From the NCBI RefSeq assembly GCF_024700885.2, contig NZ_CP117016.1: a stretch of DNA of 64,000 bases; one strand, 5' to 3'. The notes under the pieces are model-generated. The model did no database searches, was not told where the DNA came from, and saw only the letters and a list, made by a program, of their open reading frames with translations. Shown in pieces: positions 43,110 through 56,072 of this stretch. The stretch is from Escherichia coli (lineage in GTDB: Bacteria; Pseudomonadota; Gammaproteobacteria; Enterobacterales; Enterobacteriaceae). A program made the position numbers and the translations under genes. Position 1 is the stretch's first letter; each line of letters starts with the position of its first letter.

Positions 43110-43280
43110 TTCGCTAAGAAAACGCTGACGCCTGAGTTCATTAAGCAGCAAATAGGCCGTGCTTTTAGGGATCCCCAATGTGTCAATGATCGTCGCAGCA
43201 CTACAGGGGCCAATGCGGGCAATCAAATTGAGAATATCAATAGCCCGTGTCAGGGCGGGAACTTTGCTTGATTCCAACAT
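43110..43280 (-). pseudogene. rhmR: N-terminal fragment of rhmR (IclR-type HTH), separated from the rest by the IS
   Basis: Encodes MLESSKVPALTRAIDILNLIARIGPCSAATIIDTLGIPKSTAYLLLNELRRQRFLS (IclR HTH), then reads into the IS end. Confidence 0.6.
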
Positions 43281-43499
43281 ACTGGACTCCAGTCTTAGAT
43301 ACTGGAATCAGTCTCGTTGCTCAGGGGGAGTAAAATTGTGAAGCGCATCAAATCCCGCTCCTCGTCCAGCGGACTGGAGAAATTACGCACAAATTTGTGA
43401 ATTAGCGCACGGATTTTTTCTTATTGAGTACAACAGGTTGGACAAATTTTGCCGGAGGGGGAATGTGCCGGTGCAGTAAACCGGCACAGAGTGGCGGAA

Positions 43500-44702
43500 T
43501 CAGACAGATAAAGTCATGGACTCAACAACCTCAATCCAGCCATGCTCACTGGCGATGTCCTGACCGTTTAACCAACGGCGCAGCATATTCAGTGCCATCA
43601 TTGCGCACACTTCCTGACGGATAGCCAGGCTGTAGCGTGTAGTGCTGAAACGTACACGCAGAGCGAAAGTGCCATCTGGCGTGGCTAGCGCAAAGTTGAG
43701 ATGCTCGTTCTCGAAACCCGAAACAGCCAGTGCCAGCCCGGCAAAATGGTTGGCCCGCCGTTCTGTAATCCAGTGCGCAGTTTGCGCCAGGGTTTCTTCC
43801 TGTGAAGGAACCACTTCACACGCCAGCAATGGAGCACCTGCGCGAGAAAGTTGCAAAGCCAATAAACCGCTGGTGAATTGCTCGCTCAACGTCAGGCTGA
43901 ACTGGCGGTTTTGCAATTCGCGACTGATCTGCGCGGGCAGTCCTTCGGTGCCTTCGAAAATCACGCTCTGTCCGGCAACACGTTTAACGTCCAGCCACAG
44001 TTTTTCCATCGCCTGTTGCTCGCTTGCCGGTCCGGTGAGTTTCAGTTCGATGATAGGCATTGAGGAGCGATAGCCCATTGTTACGCCCGGCGGCAGTTGT
44101 AGAGTGTCCAGGCTTTGTGCCAGATCGCTTTCCGAACGACCAAAGGTAGTTAAACGCAGACAAACCGGCGGCTGTGGTAAAGAAAAACGCTCGCGCAGAC
44201 GCGGCAGGATTTCGTGCTCGACCATCACCTTAAATTCTGACGGTACGCCGGGGGTAAAGAACATCAGGCAACGATTAAGCTGCACGGCAAAACCACAGGC
44301 GGTGCCTACCGGGTTATTGATAAATTCAGCACTGGCAGGTAGCTCCGCTTGTTTACGGTTGCTCGGTGCCATTACTCGTCCACGTTCGTGGAAATAGCGT
44401 TCCATCTCTTTGAGCCAGGCCTCATGCAGCACCAGGCCTTCACCTTTTGCTGTTGCAGCGGCGAGTGCGCTTAAATCATCACTGGTCGGCCCCAGCCCGC
44501 CGTTAACGATCAGCACATCGGCGTGCTGACTCCGTTCGCGAAGAATGGTCACTAAGTCATCAAGGTTATCCCCCACCGTATTGCGGCGAGATAATGGCAA
44601 CCCCTGATGAAAGAAAAAATCGGCCAGCCAGGCAGCGTTAGTGTCAACGATTTGCCCGTGTAACACTTCATCCCCGGTGGATAACATTTCCACTTTTAAC
44701 AT
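43500..44702 (-). CDS. yfaY: CinA-like competence/damage-inducible protein YfaY, 400 aa
   Basis: 400-aa ORF MLKVEMLSTGDEVLHGQIVDTNAAWLADFF (MoCF-binding domain at the N-terminus). Confidence 0.88.
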   Translation of the reverse strand: MLKVEMLSTGDEVLHGQIVDTNAAWLADFFFHQGLPLSRRNTVGDNLDDLVTILRERSQHADVLIVNGGLGPTSDDLSALAAATAKGEGLVLHEAWLKEMERYFHERGRVMAPSNRKQAELPASAEFINNPVGTACGFAVQLNRCLMFFTPGVPSEFKVMVEHEILPRLRERFSLPQPPVCLRLTTFGRSESDLAQSLDTLQLPPGVTMGYRSSMPIIELKLTGPASEQQAMEKLWLDVKRVAGQSVIFEGTEGLPAQISRELQNRQFSLTLSEQFTSGLLALQLSRAGAPLLACEVVPSQEETLAQTAHWITERRANHFAGLALAVSGFENEHLNFALATPDGTFALRVRFSTTRYSLAIRQEVCAMMALNMLRRWLNGQDIASEHGWIEVVESMTLSV

Positions 44703-44801
44703 GGTTATCTCCTGCTTTTGTTATCGAATCACTATAACGCAAAGGGAGATAAGGCGTAGTAAGAAACTGAATGGCGCGGCAGAATTCCGCGCCGGAAGGG
44801 A

Positions 44802-45344
44802 TCAGAAACTGGCGTTAACCCCAACATACGGGCCGTCAGCCACTGCGTTGTCGCGGTTACCGTCTTTACCCGACAGATTCAGGTAGCGATAACCCGCCTC
44901 AATACTGACTGGACGCATAATGGTGTAACGCGCGCCAGCATTCGCTTCCTCATAACTTTGAATACCGCTGGAGAGCGAATCCGGAGAGTAGTAATACTCG
45001 CCAAACAAACGGAAGTTGTTGCCAATTTTCCACTGCAAACCACCTCCTACCGCTGCGGCATAACCTTCATCGCCGTAATTCGGGTTGGTGTAAACGCCTT
45101 TTCCGCCAACGGTCGCCATTAACGGCCCGAGAGGCAGATTCAACCCCAGCCCCACGCCCGCGACGTCACCGTCGTCGTCGTTATGTGTCCAGTTACCGCT
45201 TAACGCCAGGCCCGTCGATTCAGTCCCAAAACCGACACCAATATTGGTGTATTCTTTACCCGCCTGGCCGCTGATGCTCATTGCATTGACCGATGCAGAA
45301 ACCAACAGCATTCCGGCCAGACCTGCTAGCGCAATTTTTTTCAT
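44802..45344 (-). CDS. yfaZ: Outer-membrane protein YfaZ, 180 aa
   Basis: Start set to ATG at 45344 (MKKIALAGLAGMLLVSASVNA signal peptide); beta-barrel-like C-terminus ending in F. Confidence 0.85.
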   Translation of the reverse strand: MKKIALAGLAGMLLVSASVNAMSISGQAGKEYTNIGVGFGTESTGLALSGNWTHNDDDGDVAGVGLGLNLPLGPLMATVGGKGVYTNPNYGDEGYAAAVGGGLQWKIGNNFRLFGEYYYSPDSLSSGIQSYEEANAGARYTIMRPVSIEAGYRYLNLSGKDGNRDNAVADGPYVGVNASF

Positions 45345-45622
45345 TTTCCCCTCTCCCACAAGCAATAAATCAAAATTCCCAAAGCTGCGGGATTGTACTG
45401 CCTGGCACAGAGGATTCAATGAGCGAAAAAAGGGATCTAGTCACTTATTGTAACTAAATACTTCTTAAATAATTAAACGCCGAAAAAATAAACACACTTT
45501 ATCGATACACACAAAAATAATAATAAGTGCAGTTATCATCGCAAAAGAGATTACTGTCACTTTCACATATTTCTGAGTTACCGTATTCTCATGGTTTCTT
45601 TTAATTTATAAGGAATACCCCT

Positions 45623-46048
45623 GTGCGACAACGGACTATTGTATGCCCTTTGATTCAAAATGATGGTGCTTATTTGCTGTGTAAAATGGCCGACGATCGC
45701 GGCGTTTTCCCCGGTCAATGGGCGCTTTCGGGTGGCGGCGTAGAGCCTGGCGAACGAATTGAAGAGGCACTACGCCGCGAAATTCGCGAAGAACTGGGAG
45801 AACAGCTGCTTTTGACAGAAATCACGCCGTGGACCTTCAGCGATGATATTCGCACCAAGACGTATGCAGATGGTCGCAAGGAAGAGATTTATATGATTTA
45901 CCTGATTTTTGACTGCGTTTCTGCCAACCGAGAAGTGAAAATAAACGAAGAGTTTCAGGACTACGCGTGGGTAAAACCTGAAGATCTGGCGCACTATGAT
46001 TTGAATGTCGCCACCCGAAAAACGTTACGTTTGAAAGGTCTTCTGTAA
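45623..46048 (+). CDS. nudI: Nudix hydrolase NudI (YfaO), 141 aa
   Basis: GTG start at 45623; Nudix box [24 protein letters not shown]. Confidence 0.9.
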
Positions 46049-46086
46049 TAATGATGACAGCCATTACTGGCTGTCAGATTGAAAAT

Positions 46087-46689
46087 TTAGTGGTTAACGA
46101 ATTCCCCATCCAGATAAACTTTGCCTTTTTCCACATGCATGACTAAACCATCCAGATAATCAGGTTTAAATGTCGCATCACGCTTATCTTTAGCAATATA
46201 TGTCAGGCAATGATTATGGGTGAAAATAACGATATTTTTATCAGGCGCTTTGCTTTGTAAGTCCTTAATTGCACTATAAATCTCATTACCGCACTGAAGA
46301 AGTCGTTTATCTACCGTCAGCTTTTTACCCGCTGAAAACCAGGTCGCCGACTGAATGGTCCGGACGGTATTACTGGAATAAAGATCGAAATCAGGGATAT
46401 CAGCACTAAAAGCGTTGCCCAGTTCACGGGCATCCTGGGTACCTTTGACCGTAATACCTGTTTTATCTGACAAGCATTGATTGGTTGAACGATCGCAACG
46501 TTCAGCATGGCGAAACAAAACGACAACCGGATGCTGCTGTGCCAGTCTGGCCAGCGTTTTATTGTCGATACGTGGCAAACCATTGCTACTCCAGGCGGCA
46601 TGAGTACCCAGTCCGGCAATTGCAGCGAGCGCCAGTAAAATGATGAAATATTTTTTTGACTTCAACGAAGAGCGGCAAAAAGCTAACAC
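46087..46689 (-). CDS. ais: Lipopolysaccharide core heptose(II)-phosphate phosphatase Ais, 200 aa
   Basis: Start set to GTG at 46689 ([25 protein letters not shown]); histidine-phosphatase RHAER motif. Confidence 0.85.
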   Translation of the reverse strand: MLAFCRSSLKSKKYFIILLALAAIAGLGTHAAWSSNGLPRIDNKTLARLAQQHPVVVLFRHAERCDRSTNQCLSDKTGITVKGTQDARELGNAFSADIPDFDLYSSNTVRTIQSATWFSAGKKLTVDKRLLQCGNEIYSAIKDLQSKAPDKNIVIFTHNHCLTYIAKDKRDATFKPDYLDGLVMHVEKGKVYLDGEFVNH

Positions 46690-46881
46690 GTAAACTCCAC
46701 CTATAGACAAGCGCAACCAGACAATTACCGTGAAATTGAGCGACATTTCTGGCGATAATTAGCAGTTGGTGTAATATTAAAAATCCTGCGATGCCGGCAA
46801 AATGCCTCAAAATTTTGCCAAATGCAAAGCCTAAATAAGAAAAAATATAAAAATTTCAATATTTACGTCTAATATTAGTTT

Positions 46882-46898
46882 CTTAAGGTTAAGTTAAT
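46882..46898 (+). promoter_or_regulatory. PmrA (BasR) box upstream of arnB
   Basis: CTTAAG-GTTAA-GTTAAT fits the YTTAAK-N5-YTTAAK direct-repeat consensus, about 80 bp upstream of the arnB start. Confidence 0.55.
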
Positions 46899-46978
46899 AT
46901 TCTATCCTTAGAATTTCGCTCCAAATGGCAAAATATACACAACACTCTTTATAGCAAATATAAGTGGACAGGTATTCA

Positions 46979-48136
46979 ATGGCGGAAGGAAAAGCAATGT
47001 CAGAATTTTTGCCTTTTTCGCGACCAGCAATGGGCGTGGAGGAACTCGCTGCAGTTAAAGAGGTTCTCGAATCCGGTTGGATCACAACCGGTCCGAAGAA
47101 TCAGGCGCTTGAACAAGCCTTTTGCCAGTTGACGGGAAATCAGCATGCCATCGCGGTCAGTTCAGCCACCGCCGGAATGCATATCACGCTAATGGCGTTG
47201 GAAATTGGCAAGGGCGATGAAGTGATTACGCCTTCCCTGACCTGGGTTTCAACCCTCAATATGATCTCCTTGTTGGGTGCAACGCCGGTAATGGTGGATG
47301 TCGACCGCGATACGCTGATGGTCACGCCTGAAACGATCGAAGCAGCCATTACGCCACGCACTAAAGCCATCATTCCGGTGCATTATGCCGGTGCGCCAGC
47401 AGATATTGACGCCATTCGCGCCATTGGCGAACGTTACGGCATCGCAGTTATCGAAGATGCTGCCCATGCCGTCGGTACGTATTACAAAGGCCGACATATT
47501 GGCGCAAAAGGTACCGCTATTTTTTCGTTTCACGCCATCAAAAATATTACCTGTGCGGAAGGTGGCCTGATTGTTACTGATAATGAAAACCTTGCCCGCC
47601 AGCTACGGATGCTAAAATTTCACGGTCTGGGTGTCGATGCCTATGACAGACAAACCTGGGGCCGTGCACCGCAAGCTGAAGTCTTAACGCCGGGCTATAA
47701 GTATAATCTGACCGATATTAACGCCGCGATTGCCCTAACCCAGTTAGCCAAACTAGAGCACCTCAACACCCGTCGGCGCGAAATTGCCCAGCAATATCAG
47801 CAAGCACTGGCAGCTCTCCCCTTTCAGCCATTAAGCCTTCCCGCCTGGCCGCACGTTCACGCCTGGCATCTGTTTATTATTCGTGTCGATGAACAACGTT
47901 GTGGTATCAGTCGCGATGCGTTGATGGAAGCATTAAAAGAAAGAGGCATTGGTACCGGGTTACATTTCCGCGCCGCTCACACACAAAAATATTATCGCGA
48001 GCGTTTTCCCACGCTGTCGTTACCGAATACCGAATGGAATAGCGAACGCATCTGTTCGTTGCCGCTGTTCCCGGATATGACCACCGCCGATGCCGACCGC
48101 GTCATCACAGCCCTTCAGCAACTCGCAGGACAATAA
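46979..48136 (+). CDS. arnB: UDP-4-amino-4-deoxy-L-arabinose aminotransferase ArnB, 385 aa (alternative start at 46997 gives 379 aa)
   Basis: [40 protein letters not shown]; DegT/ArnB aminotransferase family. Confidence 0.93.
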   Translation: MAEGKAMSEFLPFSRPAMGVEELAAVKEVLESGWITTGPKNQALEQAFCQLTGNQHAIAVSSATAGMHITLMALEIGKGDEVITPSLTWVSTLNMISLLGATPVMVDVDRDTLMVTPETIEAAITPRTKAIIPVHYAGAPADIDAIRAIGERYGIAVIEDAAHAVGTYYKGRHIGAKGTAIFSFHAIKNITCAEGGLIVTDNENLARQLRMLKFHGLGVDAYDRQTWGRAPQAEVLTPGYKYNLTDINAAIALTQLAKLEHLNTRRREIAQQYQQALAALPFQPLSLPAWPHVHAWHLFIIRVDEQRCGISRDALMEALKERGIGTGLHFRAAHTQKYYRERFPTLSLPNTEWNSERICSLPLFPDMTTADADRVITALQQLAGQ

Positions 48137-49107
<971 letters not shown>

Positions 49108-49108
<1 letters not shown>

Positions 49109-51090
49109 TGAAAACCGTCGTTTTTGCCTACCACGATATGGGATGCCTCGGTATTGAAGCCCTGCTGGCTGCCGGTTACGAAATTAGCGCCATTTTTACT
49201 CATACTGATAATCCCGGTGAAAAAGCCTTTTATGGTTCGGTAGCTCGTCTGGCGGCGGAAAGAGGCATTCCGGTTTATGCGCCAGATAACGTTAACCATC
49301 CGCTGTGGGTGGAACGCATTGCCCAACTCTCACCAGAGGTGATTTTCTCTTTTTATTATCGCCATCTTATTTGCGACGAGATTTTGCAGCTCGCTCCCGC
49401 AGGTGCATTTAATCTGCATGGTTCGCTGTTACCAAAATATCGTGGTCGCGCGCCGCTGAACTGGGTGCTGGTGAACGGTGAAACGGAAACTGGCGTTACA
49501 TTGCACCGAATGGTGAAACGTGCCGATGCCGGGGCCATTGTGGCGCAACTGCGCATTGCCATTGCGCCAGACGATATCGCCATTACGCTGCATCATAAGT
49601 TATGTCATGCCGCGCGCCAGCTACTGGAGCAGACATTACCCGCCATTAAACACGGTAATATTCTGGAAATCGCCCAGCGCGAAAACGAAGCCACCTGTTT
49701 TGGTCGCAGAACACCGGAAGACAGTTTCCTCGAATGGCATAAACCGGCATCCGTGCTGCACAACATGGTGCGTGCCGTTGCCGATCCGTGGCCGGGTGCC
49801 TTCAGCTATGTTGGTAATCAGAAATTTACCGTCTGGTCGTCACGCGTGCATTCTCATGCGCCTGCAGCACAGCCGGGGAGCGTGATTTCTGTAGCGCCAC
49901 TGCTGATTGCCTGTGGCGATGGCGCGCTGGAAATCGTCACCGGACAGGCGGGCGACGGCATTACTATGCAGGGCTCGCAATTAGCGCAGACGCTGGGCCT
50001 GGTGCAAGGTTCACGCTTGAATAGCCAGCCTGCCTGCACCGCCCGACGCCGTACCCGGGTACTCATCCTCGGGGTGAATGGCTTTATTGGCAACCATCTG
50101 ACAGAACGCCTGCTGCGCGAAGATCATTATAAAGTTTACGGTCTGGATATTGGCAGCGATGCGATAAGCCGTTTTCTGAATCATCCGCATTTTCACTTTG
50201 TCGAAGGCGATATCAGTATTCATTCCGAATGGATTGAGTATCACGTCAAAAAATGTGATGTCGTGTTGCCGCTGGTGGCGATAGCCACGCCGATTGAATA
50301 TACCCGCAACCCACTGCGCGTATTTGAACTCGATTTTGAAGAGAATCTACGCATTATCCGCTACTGCGTGAAGTACCGTAAGCGAATCATCTTCCCGTCG
50401 ACTTCAGAAGTTTATGGGATGTGTAGCGATAAATACTTCGATGAGGACCATTCTAATTTAATCGTCGGCCCGGTGAATAAACCACGCTGGATTTATTCGG
50501 TGTCTAAACAATTACTTGATCGAGTGATCTGGGCCTATGGCGAAAAAGAGGGTTTACAGTTCACCCTCTTCCGCCCGTTTAACTGGATGGGGCCACGACT
50601 GGATAACCTTAATGCAGCGCGAATTGGCAGCTCCCGCGCTATTACGCAACTCATTCTCAATCTGGTAGAAGGTTCACCGATTAAGCTGATTGATGGCGGA
50701 AAACAAAAACGCTGCTTTACTGATATTCGCGATGGTATCGAGGCGTTATACCGCATCATCGAAAATGCGGGAAATCGCTGCGACGGCGAAATTATCAACA
50801 TTGGCAATCCTGATAACGAAGCGAGTATTGAGGAACTGGGCGAGATGCTGCTGGCGAGCTTCGAAAAACATCCGCTGCGCCATCACTTCCCACCGTTTGC
50901 GGGCTTTCGCGTTGTCGAAAGTAGCAGCTACTACGGCAAAGGATATCAGGACGTAGAGCATCGTAAACCAAGCATCCGCAATGCCCGCCGCTGCCTGGAC
51001 TGGGAGCCGAAAATTGATATGCAGGAAACCATCGACGAAACGCTGGATTTCTTCCTGCGCACCGTTGATCTTACGGATAAACCATCATGA
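49108..51090 (+). CDS. arnA: Bifunctional UDP-glucuronic acid decarboxylase / UDP-Ara4N formyltransferase ArnA, 660 aa
   Basis: 660 aa; N-terminal formyltransferase and C-terminal NAD-dependent dehydrogenase ([10 protein letters not shown]). Confidence 0.95.
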
Positions 51091-51977
51091 CCAAAGTAGG
51101 CTTACGCATTGATGTCGATACCTTTCGTGGCACCCGTGAAGGCGTGCCGCGTCTGCTGGAAATCTTGAGTAAGCATAATATTCAGGCCAGCATTTTTTTC
51201 AGCGTCGGCCCGGACAATATGGGCCGCCATCTCTGGCGACTGGTGAAGCCAAGGTTTTTGTGGAAGATGCTGCGCTCAAACGCGGCATCGCTTTATGGCT
51301 GGGATATTTTACTGGCAGGTACGGCCTGGCCAGGTAAAGAGATTGGTCATGCCAATGCCGATATCATTCGTGAAGCGGCTAAACATCACGAAGTCGGCCT
51401 GCACGCCTGGGATCACCATGCCTGGCAAGCCCATAGCGGTAACTGGGATCGGCAAACAATGATCGACGATATCGCACGCGGCCTTCGCACCCTGGAAGAA
51501 ATTATCGGCCAACCGGTAACCTGCTCCGCAGCCGCTGGCTGGCGTGCCGACCAGCAGGTGATCGAAGCAAAAGAAGCGTTCCATTTGCGCTACAACAGCG
51601 ATTGTCGTGGGGCGATGCCGTTTCGGCCACTGCTCGAATCAGGAAACCCTGGCACTGCGCAAATTCCGGTGACCTTACCCACCTGGGATGAAGTGATTGG
51701 TCGGGATGTGAAAGCAGAAGATTTTAACGGTTGGTTACTCAACCGCATCCTGCGAGATAAAGGCACGCCGGTTTATACCATTCATGCAGAAGTTGAAGGC
51801 TGCGCTTATCAGCATAATTTTGTGGATCTCCTGAAACGCGCAGCCCAGGAAGGCATGACATTTTGCCCTTTAAGCGAACTGTTATCAGGGTCGTTGCCGC
51901 TCGGGCAAGTTGTTCGCGGAAATATTGCCGGACGTGAAGGCTGGCTGGGTTGCCAACAAATTGCGGGTAGTCGCTGA
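51087..51977 (+). CDS. arnD: 4-deoxy-4-formamido-L-arabinose-phosphoundecaprenol deformylase ArnD, 296 aa
   Basis: 296 aa; overlaps the arnA stop; polysaccharide deacetylase family. Confidence 0.93.
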   Translation: MTKVGLRIDVDTFRGTREGVPRLLEILSKHNIQASIFFSVGPDNMGRHLWRLVKPRFLWKMLRSNAASLYGWDILLAGTAWPGKEIGHANADIIREAAKHHEVGLHAWDHHAWQAHSGNWDRQTMIDDIARGLRTLEEIIGQPVTCSAAAGWRADQQVIEAKEAFHLRYNSDCRGAMPFRPLLESGNPGTAQIPVTLPTWDEVIGRDVKAEDFNGWLLNRILRDKGTPVYTIHAEVEGCAYQHNFVDLLKRAAQEGMTFCPLSELLSGSLPLGQVVRGNIAGREGWLGCQQIAGSR

Positions 51978-53629
51978 TGAAATCGGTACGTTACCTTATC
52001 GGCCTCTTCGCGTTTATTGCCTGCTATTACCTGTTACCGATCAGCACGCGTCTGCTCTGGCAACCCGATGAAACGCGTTATGCGGAAATCAGTCGGGAAA
52101 TGCTGGCATCCGGCGACTGGATTGTGCCCCATTTGTTAGGGCTACGTTATTTCGAAAAACCCATTGCCGGATACTGGATTAACAGCATTGGGCAATGGCT
52201 ATTTGGCGCAAATAACTTTGGTGTGCGGGCAGGCGTTATCTTTGCGACCCTGTTAACTGCCGCGCTGGTGACCTGGTTTACTCTGCGCTTATGGCGCGAT
52301 AAACGTCTGGCATTACTCGCCGCAGTGATTTACCTCTCATTGTTCATTGTCTATGCCATCGGCACTTATGCCGTGCTCGATCCGTTTATTGCCTTCTGGC
52401 TGGTGGCGGGAATGTGCAGCTTCTGGCTGGCAATGCAGGCACAGACGTGGAAAGGCAAAAGCGCAGGATTTTTACTGCTGGGGATCACCTGCGGCATGGG
52501 GGTGATGACCAAAGGTTTTCTCGCCCTTGCCGTGCCGGTATTAAGCGTGCTGCCATGGGTGGCGACGCAAAAACGCTGGAAAGATCTCTTTATTTACGGC
52601 TGGCTGGCGGTCATCAGTTGCGTACTGACGGTTCTCCCTTGGGGACTGGCGATAGCGCAGCGGGAGCCTGACTTCTGGCACTATTTTTTCTGGGTTGAGC
52701 ATATTCAACGCTTTGCACTGGATGATGCCCAACATAGAGCTCCGTTCTGGTACTACTTGCCGGTCATCATTGCCGGTAGCCTGCCGTGGCTGGGATTACT
52801 CCCCGGAGCACTGTACGCAGGCTGGAAAAACCGCAAGCATTCCGCAACCGTCTATTTGTTGAGCTGGACGATAATGCCGCTGCTGTTTTTCTCCGTCGCT
52901 AAAGGCAAATTGCCCACCTATATTCTTTCCTGCTTTGCACCTCTGGCAATGCTGATGGCGCATTACGCTTTGCTGGCAGCAAAAAATAATCCTCTGGCGC
53001 TGCGGATTAATGGCTGGATTAACATCGCTTTTGGTGTCACTGGCATTATTGCCACATTTGTGGTCTCCCCATGGGGACCAATGAACACGCCAGTGTGGCA
53101 AACCTTCGAGAGCTATAAAGTCTTTTGTGCCTGGTCGATTTTTTCGCTATGGGCATTTTTCGGCTGGTACACCTTAACAAACGTCGAAAAGACCTGGTCT
53201 TTTGCCGCGCTTTGCCCGCTGGGGCTGGCGTTGCTGGTAGGATTTTCAATTCCTGACAGAGTCATGGAAGGAAAACATCCGCAATTTTTTGTCGAGATGA
53301 CACAAGAATCACTTCAGCCAAGCCGCTATATTCTTACTGATAGCGTCGGTGTTGCCGCAGGTCTGGCATGGAGCCTGCAACGCGATGACATCATCATGTA
53401 TCGCCAGACAGGTGAGTTGAAATACGGCCTTAATTATCCGGATGCGAAAGGGAGATTTGTCAGCGGTGATGAGTTCGCAAACTGGCTTAATCAACATCGT
53501 CAGGAGGGGATTATTACACTCGTGCTTTCGGTTGACCGCGATGAAGATATCAACAGTCTCGCCATTCCGCCCGCAGATGCCATCGATCGTCAGGAGCGTC
53601 TGGTGCTGATTCAGTATCGTCCCAAATGA
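51977..53629 (+). CDS. arnT: Undecaprenyl phosphate-alpha-L-Ara4N transferase ArnT, 550 aa
   Basis: 550-aa polytopic membrane protein [48 protein letters not shown]. Confidence 0.95.
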   Translation: MKSVRYLIGLFAFIACYYLLPISTRLLWQPDETRYAEISREMLASGDWIVPHLLGLRYFEKPIAGYWINSIGQWLFGANNFGVRAGVIFATLLTAALVTWFTLRLWRDKRLALLAAVIYLSLFIVYAIGTYAVLDPFIAFWLVAGMCSFWLAMQAQTWKGKSAGFLLLGITCGMGVMTKGFLALAVPVLSVLPWVATQKRWKDLFIYGWLAVISCVLTVLPWGLAIAQREPDFWHYFFWVEHIQRFALDDAQHRAPFWYYLPVIIAGSLPWLGLLPGALYAGWKNRKHSATVYLLSWTIMPLLFFSVAKGKLPTYILSCFAPLAMLMAHYALLAAKNNPLALRINGWINIAFGVTGIIATFVVSPWGPMNTPVWQTFESYKVFCAWSIFSLWAFFGWYTLTNVEKTWSFAALCPLGLALLVGFSIPDRVMEGKHPQFFVEMTQESLQPSRYILTDSVGVAAGLAWSLQRDDIIMYRQTGELKYGLNYPDAKGRFVSGDEFANWLNQHRQEGIITLVLSVDRDEDINSLAIPPADAIDRQERLVLIQYRPK

Positions 53630-53961
53630 TCTGGCTAACATTAGTCTTTGCCAGCTTGCTTAGCGTTGCCGGGCAGTTGTGTCAGAAACAGGCAACCTGC
53701 TTTGTGGCGATAAACAAACGGCGCAAACATATCGTGCTGTGGCTGGGACTGGCGCTGGCTTGTCTTGGTCTTGCCATGGTGCTCTGGCTGCTGATCTTGC
53801 AGAACGTACCGGTAGGCATTGCCTACCCGATGTTAAGTATGAATTTTGTCTGGGTGACGCTGGCTGCAGTAAAACTGTGGCACGAGCCGGTATCACTGCG
53901 TCACTGGTGTGGGGTGGCATTCATTATTGGCGGCATTGTGATCCTCGGGAGTACCGTGTAA
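53626..53961 (+). CDS. arnE: Undecaprenyl-phosphate-Ara4N flippase subunit ArnE, 111 aa
   Basis: 111-aa small membrane protein; overlaps the arnT stop. Confidence 0.9.
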   Translation: MIWLTLVFASLLSVAGQLCQKQATCFVAINKRRKHIVLWLGLALACLGLAMVLWLLILQNVPVGIAYPMLSMNFVWVTLAAVKLWHEPVSLRHWCGVAFIIGGIVILGSTV

Positions 53962-54347
53962 TGGGCCTGATGTGGGGATTATTCAGCGTCATTATCGCCT
54001 CCGCTGCGCAATTAAGCCTAGGTTTTGCGGCGAGTCATCTGCCGCCGATGACGCACTTATGGGATTTTATCGCGGCGCTGTTAGCTTTTGGCCTGGATGC
54101 CCGGATACTGTTACTCGGGCTGCTGGGTTATCTGCTTTCCGTTTTTTGTTGGTATAAAACGCTACATAAACTTGCGTTAAGCAAAGCCTATGCCTTGCTC
54201 AGTATGAGCTATGTGCTGGTATGGATTGCATCAATGATACTTCCCAGCTGGGAAGGAACTTTTTCGCTGAAGGCACTACTGGGAGTTGCTTGTATTATGA
54301 GCGGGTTGATGTTGATTTTCCTGCCCACGACAAAACAACGTTACTGA
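53961..54347 (+). CDS. arnF: Undecaprenyl-phosphate-Ara4N flippase subunit ArnF, 128 aa
   Basis: Start set to ATG at 53961 ([30 protein letters not shown]); the ORF-track 222-aa frame is an upstream extension through arnE. Confidence 0.88.
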   Translation: MGLMWGLFSVIIASAAQLSLGFAASHLPPMTHLWDFIAALLAFGLDARILLLGLLGYLLSVFCWYKTLHKLALSKAYALLSMSYVLVWIASMILPSWEGTFSLKALLGVACIMSGLMLIFLPTTKQRY

Positions 54348-54607
54348 GTTTTCCCTGCCGCTGTACACTGCCGTTCCCACTCATCGGGGCTATAACTGCT
54401 TGCCGAGAGGACTTTCACCGTATGCAGCTTTTCACGATTAATACAATAAAGCGCATTCTGCAAAGGGGAGAGTAAATCCCCCACTTTCACGGCGAAGTCA
54501 CTCTTCACTTCGGCGATCATTTTTATCGCGCCGCCAGCATCGCAGAGCATAAGTACATGTCTGTTATCTTGTTTATTGCAGCACGATTTTTTGACCAGCC
54601 ATTCCAT
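54341..54607 (-). CDS. pmrD: Signal-transduction connector protein PmrD, 88 aa
   Basis: Start set to ATG at 54607 ([35 protein letters not shown]); convergent 7-bp overlap with arnF. Confidence 0.9.
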   Translation of the reverse strand: MEWLVKKSCCNKQDNRHVLMLCDAGGAIKMIAEVKSDFAVKVGDLLSPLQNALYCINREKLHTVKVLSASSYSPDEWERQCTAAGKTQ

Positions 54608-54716
54608 TGCATTATCCTGTTTGCTAAGAGTTTTCACATCAATTTACAGATTAACAGATAAACTCTTTATCAACGGCAATGGAATGGCAGAAATGAGAAG
54701 TGAAACGGAGGGTTAA

Positions 54717-56072
54717 TTATTGCTGACGTTGCACCCACTCTTTTAGCGCCTGACGTGAAATTTTAATACCGCCGTTTTTCAGTTCAGGCGGCAACGTTAA
54801 CCAACGCACCGGTTGCTGAAAACGGGCCAGCTTATCTTTCACCCATTCGCCAAGATCAACGGTTTGCTGGTCATACTCCACCACCGCTACCGGTCGATGA
54901 CCAAACTCCTTGTCAGCAACGGGAACGATAAACACCTGCAAAACCGCAGGATGTGCAGCAATAACGCGCTCGACTTCTTCTGGCTGAATGCCTTCGCCAC
55001 CACTGAAGAACAGATTGTCTAAACGTCCGACAATGGTCAGCTTGCCATTATGCATCTCACCGCGATCGCGCGTGGCGTACCAGCCTTCATCATTAACCAG
55101 TGGAACCAGTTGCCCGTTACGCCAGTAACCTTCTGCCATGCTGGCAGCCCGCAGCCACACTTCGTCGTTTACGATTTTCACTTCCCGACCCGGCAGCGGC
55201 GAACCGACGTCTGCCAGACCGTCGGCTTCTTTCGCACACACTGTGGAGGCAAACTCGGTCAGACCATAGCCGCAAAAGCAACGAATCCCCTGCTCGCGCG
55301 CCTGTTCCGTCAACTCGACTGGAATTGCCGCACCACCAAGTAACACCGCTTTCAGGGAAACGGAACTGCGGTTAACCAGCAAACGCCAGAGTTGTGTTGG
55401 CACCAGTGAAGCGTGAGTACAGCCTGCCAGCATTTGCTCCAATGGCTGTTTATCACGTACCGTCATCCGCGCGCCAGCGTATAACCAGCGCCACATAATT
55501 CCCTGACCGGAGACGTGAAACAGCGGCAAAGAGAGCAACCAGTCATCGTGATCGCTAAACGGAATTAGCGATAACACCCCTTCAGCGCTGGCAAGATGGG
55601 CCTGGTAAGTATGAACAGCGGCTTTCGGCAAGCCAGTGGAGCCAGAGGTTAACGTCATTGAGCACAGACGCGTCGGCTGCCACGCAGCGGCATGTGCGCC
55701 TTCAACCAGCTGAATGTGCAGCGAAGTTAATGCCGGAAACGTGTTTTCCCCATCCGGCACCAGCGCAAATTGCAGCGTAAGATTGGGGAGCAATTCCTCA
55801 AGTAACGGTTGCGGCAGCTGTGGATTCACGGGCAGCACCCGCGCCCCGCATTGCAGTAACGCCAGCCAGGCCAGCAGCGTTTGCGGCGAATTCCACGCCC
55901 GCAACATCACGCCGCTGCCCTCAACAACGCCCTGTACCGCAAAGCCGGAGGCTAATTCATCGACGCGAGCACAAAGCTCGCGCCAGTTGAGTTGCTCGTC
56001 ATTGAGACGTAAGGCGATGGCTTCTCCCCGCACTTGCCGCCAGTGACGCCACGGCCAGTCAGAGAAGATCAT
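54717..56072 (-). CDS. menE: o-succinylbenzoate-CoA ligase MenE, 451 aa
   Basis: 451 aa; adenylate-forming enzyme motifs (TSGSTGLPK). Confidence 0.93.
   Translation of the reverse strand: MIFSDWPWRHWRQVRGEAIALRLNDEQLNWRELCARVDELASGFAVQGVVEGSGVMLRAWNSPQTLLAWLALLQCGARVLPVNPQLPQPLLEELLPNLTLQFALVPDGENTFPALTSLHIQLVEGAHAAAWQPTRLCSMTLTSGSTGLPKAAVHTYQAHLASAEGVLSLIPFSDHDDWLLSLPLFHVSGQGIMWRWLYAGARMTVRDKQPLEQMLAGCTHASLVPTQLWRLLVNRSSVSLKAVLLGGAAIPVELTEQAREQGIRCFCGYGLTEFASTVCAKEADGLADVGSPLPGREVKIVNDEVWLRAASMAEGYWRNGQLVPLVNDEGWYATRDRGEMHNGKLTIVGRLDNLFFSGGEGIQPEEVERVIAAHPAVLQVFIVPVADKEFGHRPVAVVEYDQQTVDLGEWVKDKLARFQQPVRWLTLPPELKNGGIKISRQALKEWVQRQQ

Noticed and set aside
53679-54347. 222-aa ORF suggesting a long ArnF
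   Set aside because: The frame is open through arnE in another register; the ArnF-like membrane protein begins at the ATG at 53961 (128 aa), overlapping the arnE stop.
54608-54716. Possible PhoP box upstream of pmrD
   Set aside because: Only a weak GTTTAT / GTTAAT half-site resemblance could be seen by eye; not reported as a feature without a formal motif scan.
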